The notes beneath the pieces were generated by a model. The model did not search any database. It was given only the letters and a program-made list of their open reading frames with translations, and had not been told where the DNA came from. From positions 13,868 through 77,867 of the forward strand of contig JARIGK010000003.1 in NCBI GenBank assembly GCA_029288895.1: a DNA stretch of 64,000 nt. Direction: 5' to 3'. The position numbers were made by a program, and so were the translations under genes. Below, piece after piece: positions 22,425 to 32,889 of the stretch (position 1 is the first letter of the stretch; each line of letters opens with the position of its first letter). This stretch comes from Candidatus Adlerbacteria bacterium (GTDB taxonomy: Bacteria; Patescibacteriota; Minisyncoccia; Phycocordibacterales; SBAW01).

Positions 22425-24656
22425 ATGGCACGAAAGAGCAGCAAAACCTCAGCTAATCCTTTGCGTGTCGTGCCCCACGAAACTAAGCGCGCCATCATTG
22501 CTATTGTGCTGGCAATCTTGGGCGGCATCTTTACCTTGGCTTACTTTGGTGCCGCGGGTAACGGTGGCTCTGACCTCTACTGGCTCTTTAATTACCTGCT
22601 CGGCTTTGGGTACTTCTTGGTGCCGCTCTTGTTTTTTATTTTGGCGTGGAGCGCACTTAAAGAAGAGTCGTCGGGGCTCCACCCCATCAAACTCTTGGCG
22701 AGCGCTATTTTTATTTTTGCAGGGCTCGGCTTCGTCGACATTGTTTCTAATAAAGGAGGGCTCGTCGGTGCCGCTATCGCACACCCGGCAGTGCAGTTTT
22801 TTGATATCTACGTCGCGCTGTTGATACTTGGAGGCTTGGCGCTTATCTCACTCCTGGTGCTTGTCGAAGGGAGCATCTCGCCCGAAGTATTTATGAGCGT
22901 CGGCCGCGCGATCAAAGCGCTCTTTGTCCGCCTCTTTGGTAAGAAAGAAAAAGTAGGGGAGCCGTCTATTAAAGGACTTCCTGAAAATGCAGATGACGAA
23001 GAATACGAAGAGGATGAACCTGCGGAAGCTGTGACGCCGAAGCAAGACTTCTCCGCGGTTCCGTCAGGAAACCGATCGGAAAGTCTTGCGCAGGCAAAAA
23101 CTACTGCAGCTAATACTGCAGCTGCTCTTGCGGCGGCAAACTTAAAATCTCTGCTCGGCGAGTACACGCCTCCCCCGCTGTCGTTGCTTGAGCGCGACAA
23201 GGGCCGCCCAGGCGTCGGCGACATCAAGGCAAACGCCAACATCATCAAGCGCACGCTTGCGAACTTCGGCATTAATGTCGAATTGGATGAGATCTCCATC
23301 GGCCCGTCCGTGACCCGCTACGCTATCAAACCTGCCGAAGGCGTCCGCCTCCAGAAAATCGTCGCCCTCCAGCAGAACTTGGCGTTGGCCTTGGCAGCCA
23401 AGGGCGGCATCCGCATCGAAGCCCCTATCCCTGGCAAAGCGCTCGTGGGTATCGAAGTGCCAAACACGGCCAAAGTCACTGTGGGCTTGGGCACCCTGCT
23501 CGACTCGACAGAATTCTCCGACTCGCCGAAGCCGCTTCTTGTGGCGCTTGGCCGCGACATCGCCGGCAACTCTGTCTATTCAAACATCGCCAAGATGCCG
23601 CACGGCCTTATCGCAGGCGCAACTGGCTCGGGCAAGTCTGTGACCATCCACGCCATCATCAACTCGCTCCTCTATAGAGCAGGCCCTCAACAGCTGCGCT
23701 TTATCATGATCGACCCCAAGCGTGTCGAATTGACTCTCTACCGCTCTATCCCGCACTTGCTGACGCCGGTTGTGACAGACCCCAAGAAGGCCGTTATGGC
23801 ACTTCGCTGGGCGGTTAAAGAAATGGAGCGCCGCTATAACATCCTGGAGGAACAGCGCGTGCGCGACATCGAGTCCTACCACCAGAACATCCTCACGCCA
23901 GCACTCGAGGACATTAAGAAGAATGGCGAGCCCGAAGAAGGTACGCCCGTGCCCGAAGCGATGCCCTACATCGTCATCATAATCGACGAGTTGGCGGACA
24001 TTATGCAGACCTTCCCTCGCGAGCTTGAAGCTGCCATCGTCCGCTTGGCGCAGATGAGCCGCGCCGTCGGTATCCACCTCCTGCTTTCGACCCAGCGCCC
24101 ATCGGTAAACGTCATCACAGGCCTGATTAAAGCCAACGTCCCTACCCGCATCGCGCTCCAGGTTGCGTCACAAATCGACTCGCGCACCATTTTGGACCAG
24201 GGTGGTGCAGAAACTTTGCTTGGCGCCGGCGACGAGCTCTACCTTTCGGCCGACATGAGCAAGCCAGTGCGTCTGCAGAGCGCCTTCATCAGCGAAGCAG
24301 AAGTAAAGAAGATCACCGACTTTATCGCAAAGAATAACGATGTAGAGATTCCGATTGATATTGGCGCCCCAGCACCGGGCACGACAAGCATCTCCCTTGA
24401 AGGCGGTTCAGGCGGCGGCTTTGACGATGGCGAAGAAGACGATATGTACGAAGCGGCCCGCGAAGCAGTAATGGAAGCAGGTAAAGCGTCCACGTCGTAC
24501 CTCCAGCGCAAACTCCGTGTTGGCTACGCACGTGCTGCGCGCCTCATCGACCTCCTTGAGCAACGCGGTGTCATTGGCCCAGGCGATGGCGCAAAACCAC
24601 GCGAAGTATTAGGCCGCTCTGAAGCGCCAGCGGCAGACGAAGGAGCAGAGGTATGA
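22425..24656 (+). CDS. ftsK: DNA translocase FtsK
   Basis: TM N-terminus, GATGSGKS, IIIDELAD, STQRPS, gamma domain LQRKLRVGYARAAR. Confidence 0.97.
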   Translation: MARKSSKTSANPLRVVPHETKRAIIAIVLAILGGIFTLAYFGAAGNGGSDLYWLFNYLLGFGYFLVPLLFFILAWSALKEESSGLHPIKLLASAIFIFAGLGFVDIVSNKGGLVGAAIAHPAVQFFDIYVALLILGGLALISLLVLVEGSISPEVFMSVGRAIKALFVRLFGKKEKVGEPSIKGLPENADDEEYEEDEPAEAVTPKQDFSAVPSGNRSESLAQAKTTAANTAAALAAANLKSLLGEYTPPPLSLLERDKGRPGVGDIKANANIIKRTLANFGINVELDEISIGPSVTRYAIKPAEGVRLQKIVALQQNLALALAAKGGIRIEAPIPGKALVGIEVPNTAKVTVGLGTLLDSTEFSDSPKPLLVALGRDIAGNSVYSNIAKMPHGLIAGATGSGKSVTIHAIINSLLYRAGPQQLRFIMIDPKRVELTLYRSIPHLLTPVVTDPKKAVMALRWAVKEMERRYNILEEQRVRDIESYHQNILTPALEDIKKNGEPEEGTPVPEAMPYIVIIIDELADIMQTFPRELEAAIVRLAQMSRAVGIHLLLSTQRPSVNVITGLIKANVPTRIALQVASQIDSRTILDQGGAETLLGAGDELYLSADMSKPVRLQSAFISEAEVKKITDFIAKNNDVEIPIDIGAPAPGTTSISLEGGSGGGFDDGEEDDMYEAAREAVMEAGKASTSYLQRKLRVGYARAARLIDLLEQRGVIGPGDGAKPREVLGRSEAPAADEGAEV

Positions 24657-25030
24657 GTTACGGTGCATCCCCTCGCCGTACCATTATCCGCATTATTGTC
24701 GCCCTGTGCGTTGTCCTGCTTGTGGGGTACGGCCTGTTTGAGGCACGCAAGCTTATAGAGGGTCCTCAAATTGAGATCAAAACTCCATCAAACGGGGGCG
24801 CTACTTCGACGGCATCCGTCCTTATTTCGGGCCTGGCATCGAATATTTCCTTCCTTACCATCAACGATGCCCCCGCCTATACAGACGAGTCGGGGCGCTT
24901 CGCTGTCACCCTCTCGCCTCCCCCGGGGTATACTGTTTTTGTCGTTCAAGGCGTCGATAGATTCGGCCGCCGGACGTCAAAACATGTTTCTATAAACATC
25001 GTGGCACTGTGCCCCATTAGCAACGCATAG
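24653..25030 (+). CDS. Small membrane-anchored Ig-like protein
   Basis: TM helix plus beta domain; overlaps the ftsK stop (ATGA). Confidence 0.7.
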   Translation: MSYGASPRRTIIRIIVALCVVLLVGYGLFEARKLIEGPQIEIKTPSNGGATSTASVLISGLASNISFLTINDAPAYTDESGRFAVTLSPPPGYTVFVVQGVDRFGRRTSKHVSINIVALCPISNA

Positions 25031-25041
25031 ACAGAAAAGAT

Positions 25042-26121
25042 ATGGCAAAGCAACAGAAAGAAAAGAAAGCACCGAAAGAAATGGGCACGCGCGACACCGC
25101 AGCAATTGATGCAGCGATCCGCGAAATAAAAACAAAATTTGGCGACGAAGCCATTATGAAATTGGGCGAGACGGCGAAGGTAAACGTCGACGCTATCCCC
25201 TCGGGCTCTGTAGGCCTCGACTGGGCGCTTGGCATCGGTGGCTACCCGCGCGGCCGCATCATTGAAATCTTTGGCCCAGAAAGTTCTGGCAAGACAACGC
25301 TTACCTTGCACGCCATCGCAGAGGCACAACAAAAAGGCGGCGTCTGCGCATTTATCGATGCAGAACACGCACTCGACCCCGAATACGCACGGAAGATCGG
25401 CGTCAAATTGGATGAACTCCTTGTCTCGCAGCCAGACACAGGCGAACAAGCGCTTGAGATTGTTGAGTCACTCGTACGCTCGGGCAAAGTCGACATTGTT
25501 GTCGTCGACTCGGTGGCAGCATTGACACCAAAAGACGAAATCGAGGGCGACATGGGTGCAATGCACGTCGGCAAACAAGCACGTTTGATGTCGCAGGCGC
25601 TCCGCAAACTCACCGCTATCACCGCCAAATCAAAGACAATCGTTATCTTCATCAACCAGATCCGTATGCAAATCGGCATGATGTTTGGCAACCCAGAAAC
25701 AACGCCGGGCGGCAAAGCGCTCAAGTTCTATACCTCGGTGCGCTTGGACATCCGCCGCATTGCACAGATTAAGAAAGGCGAAGAGGTTGTGGGCGGCCGC
25801 CACCGCGTGAAGGTAGTCAAAAACAAAGTCGCTCCCCCATTCCGCAAGACGGAGTTCGACCTGCTCTACAACGAAGGTATCTCGCGCGAAGGCGAACTCC
25901 TCGCGCTTGGCGAAAGCCTTGGCATGGTGTCGAAGAGCGGCGCCTCGTACTCGTACAATTCTAAAGATGGCGAAAAAGTATCGCTTGGACGCGGCTATGA
26001 CGCATCACGCACCTTCCTCCGCGAAAATAAAAAAGTTGCAAACGAGCTTTTGAAGTCAATCGAAAAAGGCCTCGAGACCTCTGCCCCGCCTAAAACAGCC
26101 GCTTCCAGCGACGACGAATAA
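25042..26121 (+). CDS. recA: Recombinase RecA
   Basis: [28 protein letters not shown]. Confidence 0.99.
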   Translation: MAKQQKEKKAPKEMGTRDTAAIDAAIREIKTKFGDEAIMKLGETAKVNVDAIPSGSVGLDWALGIGGYPRGRIIEIFGPESSGKTTLTLHAIAEAQQKGGVCAFIDAEHALDPEYARKIGVKLDELLVSQPDTGEQALEIVESLVRSGKVDIVVVDSVAALTPKDEIEGDMGAMHVGKQARLMSQALRKLTAITAKSKTIVIFINQIRMQIGMMFGNPETTPGGKALKFYTSVRLDIRRIAQIKKGEEVVGGRHRVKVVKNKVAPPFRKTEFDLLYNEGISREGELLALGESLGMVSKSGASYSYNSKDGEKVSLGRGYDASRTFLRENKKVANELLKSIEKGLETSAPPKTAASSDDE

Positions 26122-26139
26122 ATTCAATACATAAAAAAA

Positions 26140-26167
26140 TAACCCCGCATCTTTCGATGCGGGGTTT
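26140..26167. terminator. Terminator between recA and a convergent orphan gene
   Basis: AACCCCGCATC-TTTC-GATGCGGGGTT. Confidence 0.75.
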
Positions 26168-26189
26168 GCCGTTGCCGGCGGTCGAGAAG

Positions 26190-26639
26190 TTAACGAGCGG
26201 TCGCAGCGATCGGGACCAAGAAGCCGTGCTTCTTGTCCAGGACGAGAGCGGCGATCATCACGCTCTTGGTCGCGTCGCTGACCTTCGAGACGTTGCCGTA
26301 GGCGGCGATAAGCGACGCGAAGAGGTTGTCGCCAGCGTTCTCGTGCATCTGCTGCTCGAGATACTTGCCATCGTAGGTCGACTCCCAGGCAGCCACGAAG
26401 GCGGGCAGGATGGCCTTGCGCTCGTTGGGGTTGGTGATCAGCTTGGAGAAGCTGACCGCCGTGTCGGTCTGGTGACGCAGGCCGGCGCGGAAGGCGTCGA
26501 TCTTGATGCGGCCGTCCTTGTGCTGTTCGATCAGCTTGTCGAGCTTGGCCAGCATGATCGCCGTCGGCGTCGTAGGCTGCAGATCCAGAATGGGATTCGG
26601 GAAATGGATAGAGGCACCGTTGAGCTTAAACTTGTCCAT
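26190..26639 (-). CDS. Orphan hypothetical protein, GC-rich codons
   Basis: GAGGA RBS; 149-aa ORF. Confidence 0.7.
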   Translation of the reverse strand: MDKFKLNGASIHFPNPILDLQPTTPTAIMLAKLDKLIEQHKDGRIKIDAFRAGLRHQTDTAVSFSKLITNPNERKAILPAFVAAWESTYDGKYLEQQMHENAGDNLFASLIAAYGNVSKVSDATKSVMIAALVLDKKHGFLVPIAATAR

Positions 26640-26770
26640 AACTTCCTCACGTAAAGAACACCCTCGGTCTAGCGTCTTACAGCACAATGCAAATAAAAAA
26701 CGCCCCTTGGGACTTAAATACCATACGGTACGTCCCTAAGGGCGTCAAGTGAGCGTTTCAGGTTGAGGCG

Positions 26771-27103
26771 TTAAGCGAAGCGGCTCGAAGGCTGCGATGA
26801 TGAGTGCGCGAGGTCGATAGCCATAACCGCAAGCGCACCAATGCCAACCAAGAGTGCAATCTGGACCACAAATTTGGTGCCAAGCACTGCCGAGACAAAG
26901 AAGGTCTCGATACTCCCTACCCCGCCGCCCGCGACGTTGGTGAGATTTTCGAGTACGTGTGGCAACGAGACAAAGTACGCCGTGCCCAAAAACGACAGCG
27001 CGAGCGCGTAGCACGACAGCGCAAAACGGCTCGTGAGTTTGCGTGCAGCGTAAATAACGCCGACGCTTGCCATGACCTGCTGTTCTATCTTGCTCTGGTT
27101 CAT
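26771..27103 (-). CDS. Small membrane protein coupled to the ECF sigma factor
   Basis: Two hydrophobic helices; ATGA overlap with the sigma stop region. Confidence 0.7.
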   Translation of the reverse strand: MNQSKIEQQVMASVGVIYAARKLTSRFALSCYALALSFLGTAYFVSLPHVLENLTNVAGGGVGSIETFFVSAVLGTKFVVQIALLVGIGALAVMAIDLAHSSSQPSSRFA

Positions 27104-27690
27104 ACGTTTGTTGTTATTGCCTTATAAATCTTTTCAAACTCTTTTTTTGCACGGTGGACGCGGGTTTTGATGGCCCCCACGCTCACGCCCTCTTCCTGTG
27201 CCATCTCTTCTTGGCTTTTCCCTTCTAAGAAGAACGATGCGAGGGCTCGGGACATCGGCTCGGGCATCCGCGAGAGCACCGACGCCACTTCATCAGTAAA
27301 TTCTTTTTTCTCGAACTGGCGGAGATTTTTGTCGGGGATCAGCGCCCAAATCTCATCATCTAATTCTGTCTGCTGCTCGCCGCGGCGTTTGCGCTTTTGG
27401 TAGTGCGTCAGCGCGGTGTTAATGAGGATGCGCCACGCCCAGGACGAAAACTGCGCGCCATCCTGCTTCTTAAATTTATTCGCGTTCATGTAGATCTTCG
27501 TGAACGCTTCCTGCACGATGTCTTCGGCCGCCTCCTTTTCGCGGACGATACTCATCGCGCGGCGCAAAAAAGGCTGCTCGTATTTGCGCACCAGCAGTGC
27601 AAAGAGCGACGGCGTCGCAATAGACAAGGCCAACAGCTCTTCGTCAGAGCGGTCCTCCCCTTTCTCTTCAAGTGAGAGATAGTCTGTCAT
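27100..27690 (-). CDS. ECF sigma-70 family RNA polymerase sigma factor
   Basis: AEDIVQEAF, FSSWAWRI, SVGAIKTRVHRAK. Confidence 0.92.
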   Translation of the reverse strand: MTDYLSLEEKGEDRSDEELLALSIATPSLFALLVRKYEQPFLRRAMSIVREKEAAEDIVQEAFTKIYMNANKFKKQDGAQFSSWAWRILINTALTHYQKRKRRGEQQTELDDEIWALIPDKNLRQFEKKEFTDEVASVLSRMPEPMSRALASFFLEGKSQEEMAQEEGVSVGAIKTRVHRAKKEFEKIYKAITTNV

Positions 27691-27927
27691 GACTACACTG
27701 TATATCATGGCGCACTCTTTACAACCCGCTTGCACCACTCCAGGTTTCGGCTATAGTGAATATATGTCGAACGCGCGTACCATTGTGGTCCTCATTAAGC
27801 TCCTTCAGAGGGGTGGAGGCCTCGCGCGTTCTTAGGAAAAACTTCCCAGGAACACACCAGCCCTCCACCCGAGACGGGAGAGGAGGCTGGGGCTCTTTGT
27901 TTTGTAGTAGAAAAGGGAGAATGAAAA

Positions 27928-28257
27928 ATGCCGTGCGGTCGTGATTTCTACGACGAAAGCCCTGAACGGGCTATGCAACGGGAAGCTAAAGCGGCGCAAA
28001 AAGACGCCGTTGCGGCTCAAAAAATCGTTGACTTCTTCGCCTCGAACGGGCATTCGGTTAAAACCCGAAGCACCTGCGAACGTGGAGTCCACAACAAGGT
28101 ACATGTCTCCAAGACGGAAAATGAACTTACGGTAAAGCACCGTGGGCACCTCATCGTCTACGACACTCCGGACCCTTCAACCCTCGAGAAAGAATTGAGA
28201 ACCTGGTGCGAAACCGACATGAAACATGTCCGTGTCGCGCCTCGCATAAGCCAATAG
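27928..28257 (+). CDS. Orphan hypothetical protein
   Basis: GGGAG RBS; downstream terminator 28273-28312. Confidence 0.6.
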   Translation: MPCGRDFYDESPERAMQREAKAAQKDAVAAQKIVDFFASNGHSVKTRSTCERGVHNKVHVSKTENELTVKHRGHLIVYDTPDPSTLEKELRTWCETDMKHVRVAPRISQ

Positions 28258-28340
28258 GCTTATCGATTCAACTGGCCGCACTCACCCACCAGTGAGCGCG
28301 GCCTTTTCTTTTGGCTGAATATGAGTAGAATGGCTTTCAT

Positions 28341-28907
28341 ATGGCAATGCTTGAATACAACGAAATCCTCCCAAAGCGCGTAATTTTGCTCGACGGCGAG
28401 CCGTACGAAGTGCTCGACGCGCACGTCTTCCGCAAACAGCAGCGCAAGCCGGTGAACCAGACAAAACTCCGCCACCTTATTACTGGCAAAGTAACTGAAC
28501 AGGCCTTCCACGTCTCGGAAAAAGTTCCGGAAGCAGACCTTTCAACCAAGAGCGTTAAATTCCTCTACAACAACCGTGGCGAATGGTGGTTCTGCGCAGA
28601 AAATAACCCCTCTGATCGTTTTAAATTGGAAGAAGACACCATCGGCACTCCGGGTAAATTTTTGAAGCCCAACACTGTTGTAGAAGCGCTCGTCTTTGAT
28701 GAAAAAATTATCTCCGTACGTATCCCTATCAAAATGGAGCTTGTCGTAAAAGATGCACCACCTGCAGTCCGCGGCGACACCTCCAAGGGCGGCAACAAAA
28801 TCATCACGCTCGAAACAGGCGCAACCGTGAACGCCCCCCTCTTCATTAACGAAGGCGACCGCGTCATCGTCAACACCCTCGAAGGCACCTACGTCGAACG
28901 CGCGTAG
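28341..28907 (+). CDS. efp: Elongation factor P
   Basis: DGEPY, TKLRHLITG, RGDT, LETGA...PLFINEGD...YVER. Confidence 0.95.
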   Translation: MAMLEYNEILPKRVILLDGEPYEVLDAHVFRKQQRKPVNQTKLRHLITGKVTEQAFHVSEKVPEADLSTKSVKFLYNNRGEWWFCAENNPSDRFKLEEDTIGTPGKFLKPNTVVEALVFDEKIISVRIPIKMELVVKDAPPAVRGDTSKGGNKIITLETGATVNAPLFINEGDRVIVNTLEGTYVERA

Positions 28908-28979
28908 ACAAATAGTAGAGCCTCTGCTTTACTGACTCCGAAACAGTCCCTTCATCTTACCAACACAGGAGTATTGCTC

Positions 28980-29498
28980 GTGGAATCCTTGCTCAAGATC
29001 GATAAATTTGCGAGGCCTGCACCGGAGTCCATCTTGGATATTCCGCACATCATTTTCGATTTTTTCTCGGCGCACTATCGCGCACACGAAATTCCACAAT
29101 TCGCGTGGAAGACAAACGAGTCGTACCCGCAGGATGTCTGCATCTCTGCGCTCGACAAGATTCGTGTACGTAATGAAGCGCTTCCTCATCTGCGGATCAT
29201 CACGCAAGAGCAGCCTACGTTCAAGAGGAGTGTCGTCGAGCTGTTTGCCAGCAAAGTGGCGACAGCGAAGGATGGGCACGCCATCATGTGCGTGAAAGTA
29301 CGGCAGGATCTCAAGCCTCGCGTACCGGGCGGCACTCTACTCCAAGACTGCACCGTGGTTTTACCCACTGATGCTATAGGATTTTCGCTCTGTGGCGATT
29401 ATCCTCTTATGACGGTCGCTGCTGAGATGTTTTTTCTCGGTCGCATGCTCGCTGAGCCTTTCCAGCGAACAATTGTACAAGCTGCAGTCGCCGCGTAA
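28980..29498 (+). CDS. Orphan hypothetical protein
   Basis: AGGAG 8 nt before GTG; downstream terminator 29506-29541. Confidence 0.6.
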   Translation: MESLLKIDKFARPAPESILDIPHIIFDFFSAHYRAHEIPQFAWKTNESYPQDVCISALDKIRVRNEALPHLRIITQEQPTFKRSVVELFASKVATAKDGHAIMCVKVRQDLKPRVPGGTLLQDCTVVLPTDAIGFSLCGDYPLMTVAAEMFFLGRMLAEPFQRTIVQAAVAA

Positions 29499-29556
29499 AC
29501 GCACAAGGCCCGAGGATCTCCTCGGGCCCTTTTTCTTTTTCTATATTCAGTTGCGT

Positions 29557-29760
29557 TTAGCGGACGATGTATGGCAAGAGCGCCATGAAACGTGCGCGTT
29601 TGACGGCTTGTGCCAATGCGCGCTGGTTCGGAGCCGAAAGGCCCGTGCGGCGGCGCGGCATGATTTTGCCGTGTGGGTTCAAGAACTTCTTGAGCGTATC
29701 GACATCTTTGTAGTCGAGCGCCTTGAAGTGTGCCACGTAATTGTCGGTCTTGGTTGGCAT
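29557..29760 (-). CDS. rpsR: 30S ribosomal protein S18
   Basis: [32 protein letters not shown]. Confidence 0.97.
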   Translation of the reverse strand: MPTKTDNYVAHFKALDYKDVDTLKKFLNPHGKIMPRRRTGLSAPNQRALAQAVKRARFMALLPYIVR

Positions 29761-29806
29761 AAATTTGATAGTAATTTGATTGGTTTTCTAAGATTCTCTG
29801 AGAGTA

Positions 29807-30253
29807 TTAGAACGGGATGTCGTCTGGATTGATGTCCTCTGCCGGGTAGTCGATCGCATCATCTTTTGGTGAGCTTTGAGACTGCTCGTCCATCTGGCGG
29901 CTGCTGCCACCTGACGACGGCGCACCCGAACCAGTAGCGCGTGAGCCAAACTGGACGCGCTCAGCAACAACTTCTGTGCGGTACTGCTTCCCCTTCTCTG
30001 GGCTATCCCAGCTGCGGGTCTGGAGGCGGCCTTCAATCAAAGCCGAACTTCCCTTTTTCAAGTACTGCGCACTCGTTTCTGCCTGGCGGCCGAAGACCAC
30101 AACATTGTGGAACTCCGGTATATCCACCCACTGTTCATCCTTCTTAACACGGCGGTTTGTAGCGACACCAAACGTTGCGACTTGCCCACCATTAGGGAGC
30201 TGTTTCAATTCTGGGTCGCGGGTCAAATTGCCGAAGAGGATGACTTTGTTCAT
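29807..30253 (-). CDS. ssb: Single-stranded DNA-binding protein
   Basis: MNKVILFGNLTRDPE, C-terminal DDIPF. Confidence 0.98.
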   Translation of the reverse strand: MNKVILFGNLTRDPELKQLPNGGQVATFGVATNRRVKKDEQWVDIPEFHNVVVFGRQAETSAQYLKKGSSALIEGRLQTRSWDSPEKGKQYRTEVVAERVQFGSRATGSGAPSSGGSSRQMDEQSQSSPKDDAIDYPAEDINPDDIPF

Positions 30254-30271
30254 ATACCCTTAGTATACCTG

Positions 30272-30787
30272 TTACTCCTGGACCAAGGCGTCGATAGATT
30301 TATCGAGCTCAGCCTCCGAAACCTCGCCTGCCTTTTCTTCTGCGGCAGCTTTTGGCTTCTGGATCGTCTCGCCTTCGAGGCGGTCAGATGCGAAGACTGC
30401 GCGGCGCGGCGCCTGCGAGATATCCTCGCGCGTCGTCTCAATGAGAAGGAAGCGAAGAATATTCTTATTGGCGCGGAGTGCCTGCTCGAGTGCAGGAATT
30501 TCCTCGCGGTCTATAGCGAACTTAATAAAACCGAAGTACGCCTCATCGAACTTAGCGCGCTTGCCGGCTGCGGCCTGCTCTACGGTGTAGGCAAGACGCA
30601 TCTTTTCTGGAACCTGCTGACTAATAATTTCAGCGTTGCCGAGTGCTGATGTAATTTGGTCTACAACGCCAGCAACACCTTCGTCACCAACTGTTGGGAC
30701 GACATGAAAGCCCACCTCGTATACGGGGCGGCTTTCGGAGATGTTCGCTTGGGATGAGACCTCGGCGGTCTGCGACATTTCTGCCAT
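30272..30787 (-). CDS. rpsF: 30S ribosomal protein S6
   Basis: YEV, RLAY, ILRFLLI; rpsF-ssb-rpsR gene order. Confidence 0.88.
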   Translation of the reverse strand: MAEMSQTAEVSSQANISESRPVYEVGFHVVPTVGDEGVAGVVDQITSALGNAEIISQQVPEKMRLAYTVEQAAAGKRAKFDEAYFGFIKFAIDREEIPALEQALRANKNILRFLLIETTREDISQAPRRAVFASDRLEGETIQKPKAAAEEKAGEVSEAELDKSIDALVQE

Positions 30788-30824
30788 GCCAAGAGACTAC
30801 AGGAGAAGTGGGGCTTTGGCAACC

Positions 30825-32279
30825 CTAGTGGAAGCTGTTGCCTCCCGCATAGCCCAACTCTTCTTCGAGTTCGATCCCTGCCTCTTCGACTGGTTTGTGG
30901 GTTGTTTTGCGCAGCGGTACTTCTGGCAAAAAGAGTGTCAAAAGAAACGCTGGCACCACCACAGCCGCGGCGATAAGGAAGGTGTGCGGCAAGGCCGTTG
31001 CCAAGGTCATACCCGACGCCAAGCGCATGTTGACCAAGCCGCCAAATAACGCACCGCCAACGGAGCCGCCAATGCTGCGGAAGAGTTGGATCGATGCCGT
31101 GACAACACCAGTCCTGCTCTGCTCAAAGGCATTTTGCACAGCGATATTGAAGACAGGCATCGTGGCGCCAAGCCCCAAGCCCATCACAATCATCTTGGCG
31201 ATGATCTCGAGCTTTGTGCTGTCGGCACCCATGCGCGAGAAGAGGAACATACCGACAATCACCACAAGCACGCCTGCGATTGCCAGATATTTGTAGCGGC
31301 CCGTGCGCGAAACAAGCTGGCCCGAAATAGTGCTCATCGCGACCATGCCAAGCATGAGCGGCGTAAGCACGAGGCCCGCGTTTGTGGCATTAAAGCCGAT
31401 GACCTGCTGTGCAAAGAGCGGCAAGAAGAGAATGGAGCCAAACATACCAACGGCAGTTAGGAATACTGCTGCGATAGAAATAGAGAACGTGCGTGTGCGG
31501 AAGAGCGAGAGCGGCAACACTGGATCGGCAGCACGCTGTTCGACAAACCCAAACGCAATGAGCGCTGCGAGTGCGCCTGCAAACAACAGCTGGATGGTGA
31601 GCGAATCCCACGGGTAGGTACTACCGCCCCACACAAGTGCAAGGAGGAATGGCACAAGTGCCCCTGCGAGCAACAATGCACCCAGGTAATCGATAGGGTG
31701 TTTTTTGCCGTGGCCAATGTTAGGAAGCGTAAAAAAGATAACAGCGAGTGCCACAAGGCCCAGCGGGATGTTGATGTAGAAGATCCAGCGCCACGAGTAC
31801 GCATCGGTGATCCAGCCGCCAAGAAGCGGCCCCGCCACCGAAGCGATACCGAACATGCCGCCGATAAGGCCCATCCATTTACCGCGCTCAGATGGCGGGA
31901 AGAGGTCGGCCACAATGGCAAACGAGTTCACCATGATGGCACCGCCGCCAACGCCCTGGATGGCGCGGAAGAGAATGAGTTCGGTCATCGTCTGTGCGGC
32001 ACCGGAAAGGACCGAGCCAACGAGGAAGGTGATGATGCCGATAATGTAGAAAATGCGGCGGCCGTAGATGTCGGAGAGTTTGCCGTAGAGTGGCACCGTC
32101 ACTGTGGACGCGAGCATGTACGCCGTAAAGACCCAAGAGATGTGTTCCAAGCCGTGGAGTTCTGTGACAATGCGCGGGAGCGCAGTTGAGACAATAGTTT
32201 GGTCGAGGGCGGACAATAGCATCGCAAGCATCGCGCCGCCCATGGCCGCGACCTTCGGATTACGCAAAAATGTAGGCAT
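30825..32279 (-). CDS. MFS drug:H+ antiporter (EmrB/QacA, DHA2)
   Basis: [31 protein letters not shown]. Confidence 0.93.
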   Translation of the reverse strand: MPTFLRNPKVAAMGGAMLAMLLSALDQTIVSTALPRIVTELHGLEHISWVFTAYMLASTVTVPLYGKLSDIYGRRIFYIIGIITFLVGSVLSGAAQTMTELILFRAIQGVGGGAIMVNSFAIVADLFPPSERGKWMGLIGGMFGIASVAGPLLGGWITDAYSWRWIFYINIPLGLVALAVIFFTLPNIGHGKKHPIDYLGALLLAGALVPFLLALVWGGSTYPWDSLTIQLLFAGALAALIAFGFVEQRAADPVLPLSLFRTRTFSISIAAVFLTAVGMFGSILFLPLFAQQVIGFNATNAGLVLTPLMLGMVAMSTISGQLVSRTGRYKYLAIAGVLVVIVGMFLFSRMGADSTKLEIIAKMIVMGLGLGATMPVFNIAVQNAFEQSRTGVVTASIQLFRSIGGSVGGALFGGLVNMRLASGMTLATALPHTFLIAAAVVVPAFLLTLFLPEVPLRKTTHKPVEEAGIELEEELGYAGGNSFH

Positions 32280-32379
32280 CATCTAATTATACCAAATCGC
32301 CTATTTTCAAGCTGAACCATGAAAAGAAATAGCCCCGATCGATGTCAGGGCTATTCCCTTTCATCGGCCGGGGCCGAGG

Positions 32380-32805
32380 TTACTTCTTCTGCGGCGGCAA
32401 CGTACTGACGTCGATGACCGGCTTGTCCTTCAGCGGCGCCGTCGCGGCGTCCGCTTCATTCTGCTTCTTCTCGACGAAGGCCAGGGCCTCGTCGAACTTC
32501 GGCCCAAGCTCGCGCTTCTGCGCGCTGATCGAGCGATAGCGTGCGACTGTGCCCTTCAGGTCTTCGAGCGTCGGGCTGCTGAACGGGAAGCCCTCGAGAA
32601 CGTACTTCTCGACGCTTCCCTTCTCGCACTTCTGGCCGACATACTCCAGATCCAGAACGAGCGACGGCCGGCCGTTGACCTGGGCGAAGTCGTAGGTATA
32701 GACCATCGACTTGCCGATCGAGCACTTGGCAGTCTGAGCCGAAGCAACCGACGCGGTGGCGAGCAGAGCAGAAACAGCGATGGCAGCGAAAATCATGGAA
32801 CGCAT
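32380..32805 (-). CDS. Orphan secreted protein, GC-rich codons
   Basis: Signal peptide (ASA|Q); own TATAAT box, GGGAG RBS and terminator. Confidence 0.7.
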   Translation of the reverse strand: MRSMIFAAIAVSALLATASVASAQTAKCSIGKSMVYTYDFAQVNGRPSLVLDLEYVGQKCEKGSVEKYVLEGFPFSSPTLEDLKGTVARYRSISAQKRELGPKFDEALAFVEKKQNEADAATAPLKDKPVIDVSTLPPQKK

Positions 32806-32889
32806 ATATTGTCTCCCACGGTGAGCGAATGCCGAATGGCACTCTTTACTCCCGCAACTTAACCTCTATTATTATAGCACTATAAAGTG

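Noticed and set aside
26157-26654. Long plus-strand ORF opposite the orphan gene
   Set aside because: Antisense shadow of a GC3-rich minus-strand gene that has the RBS and terminator.
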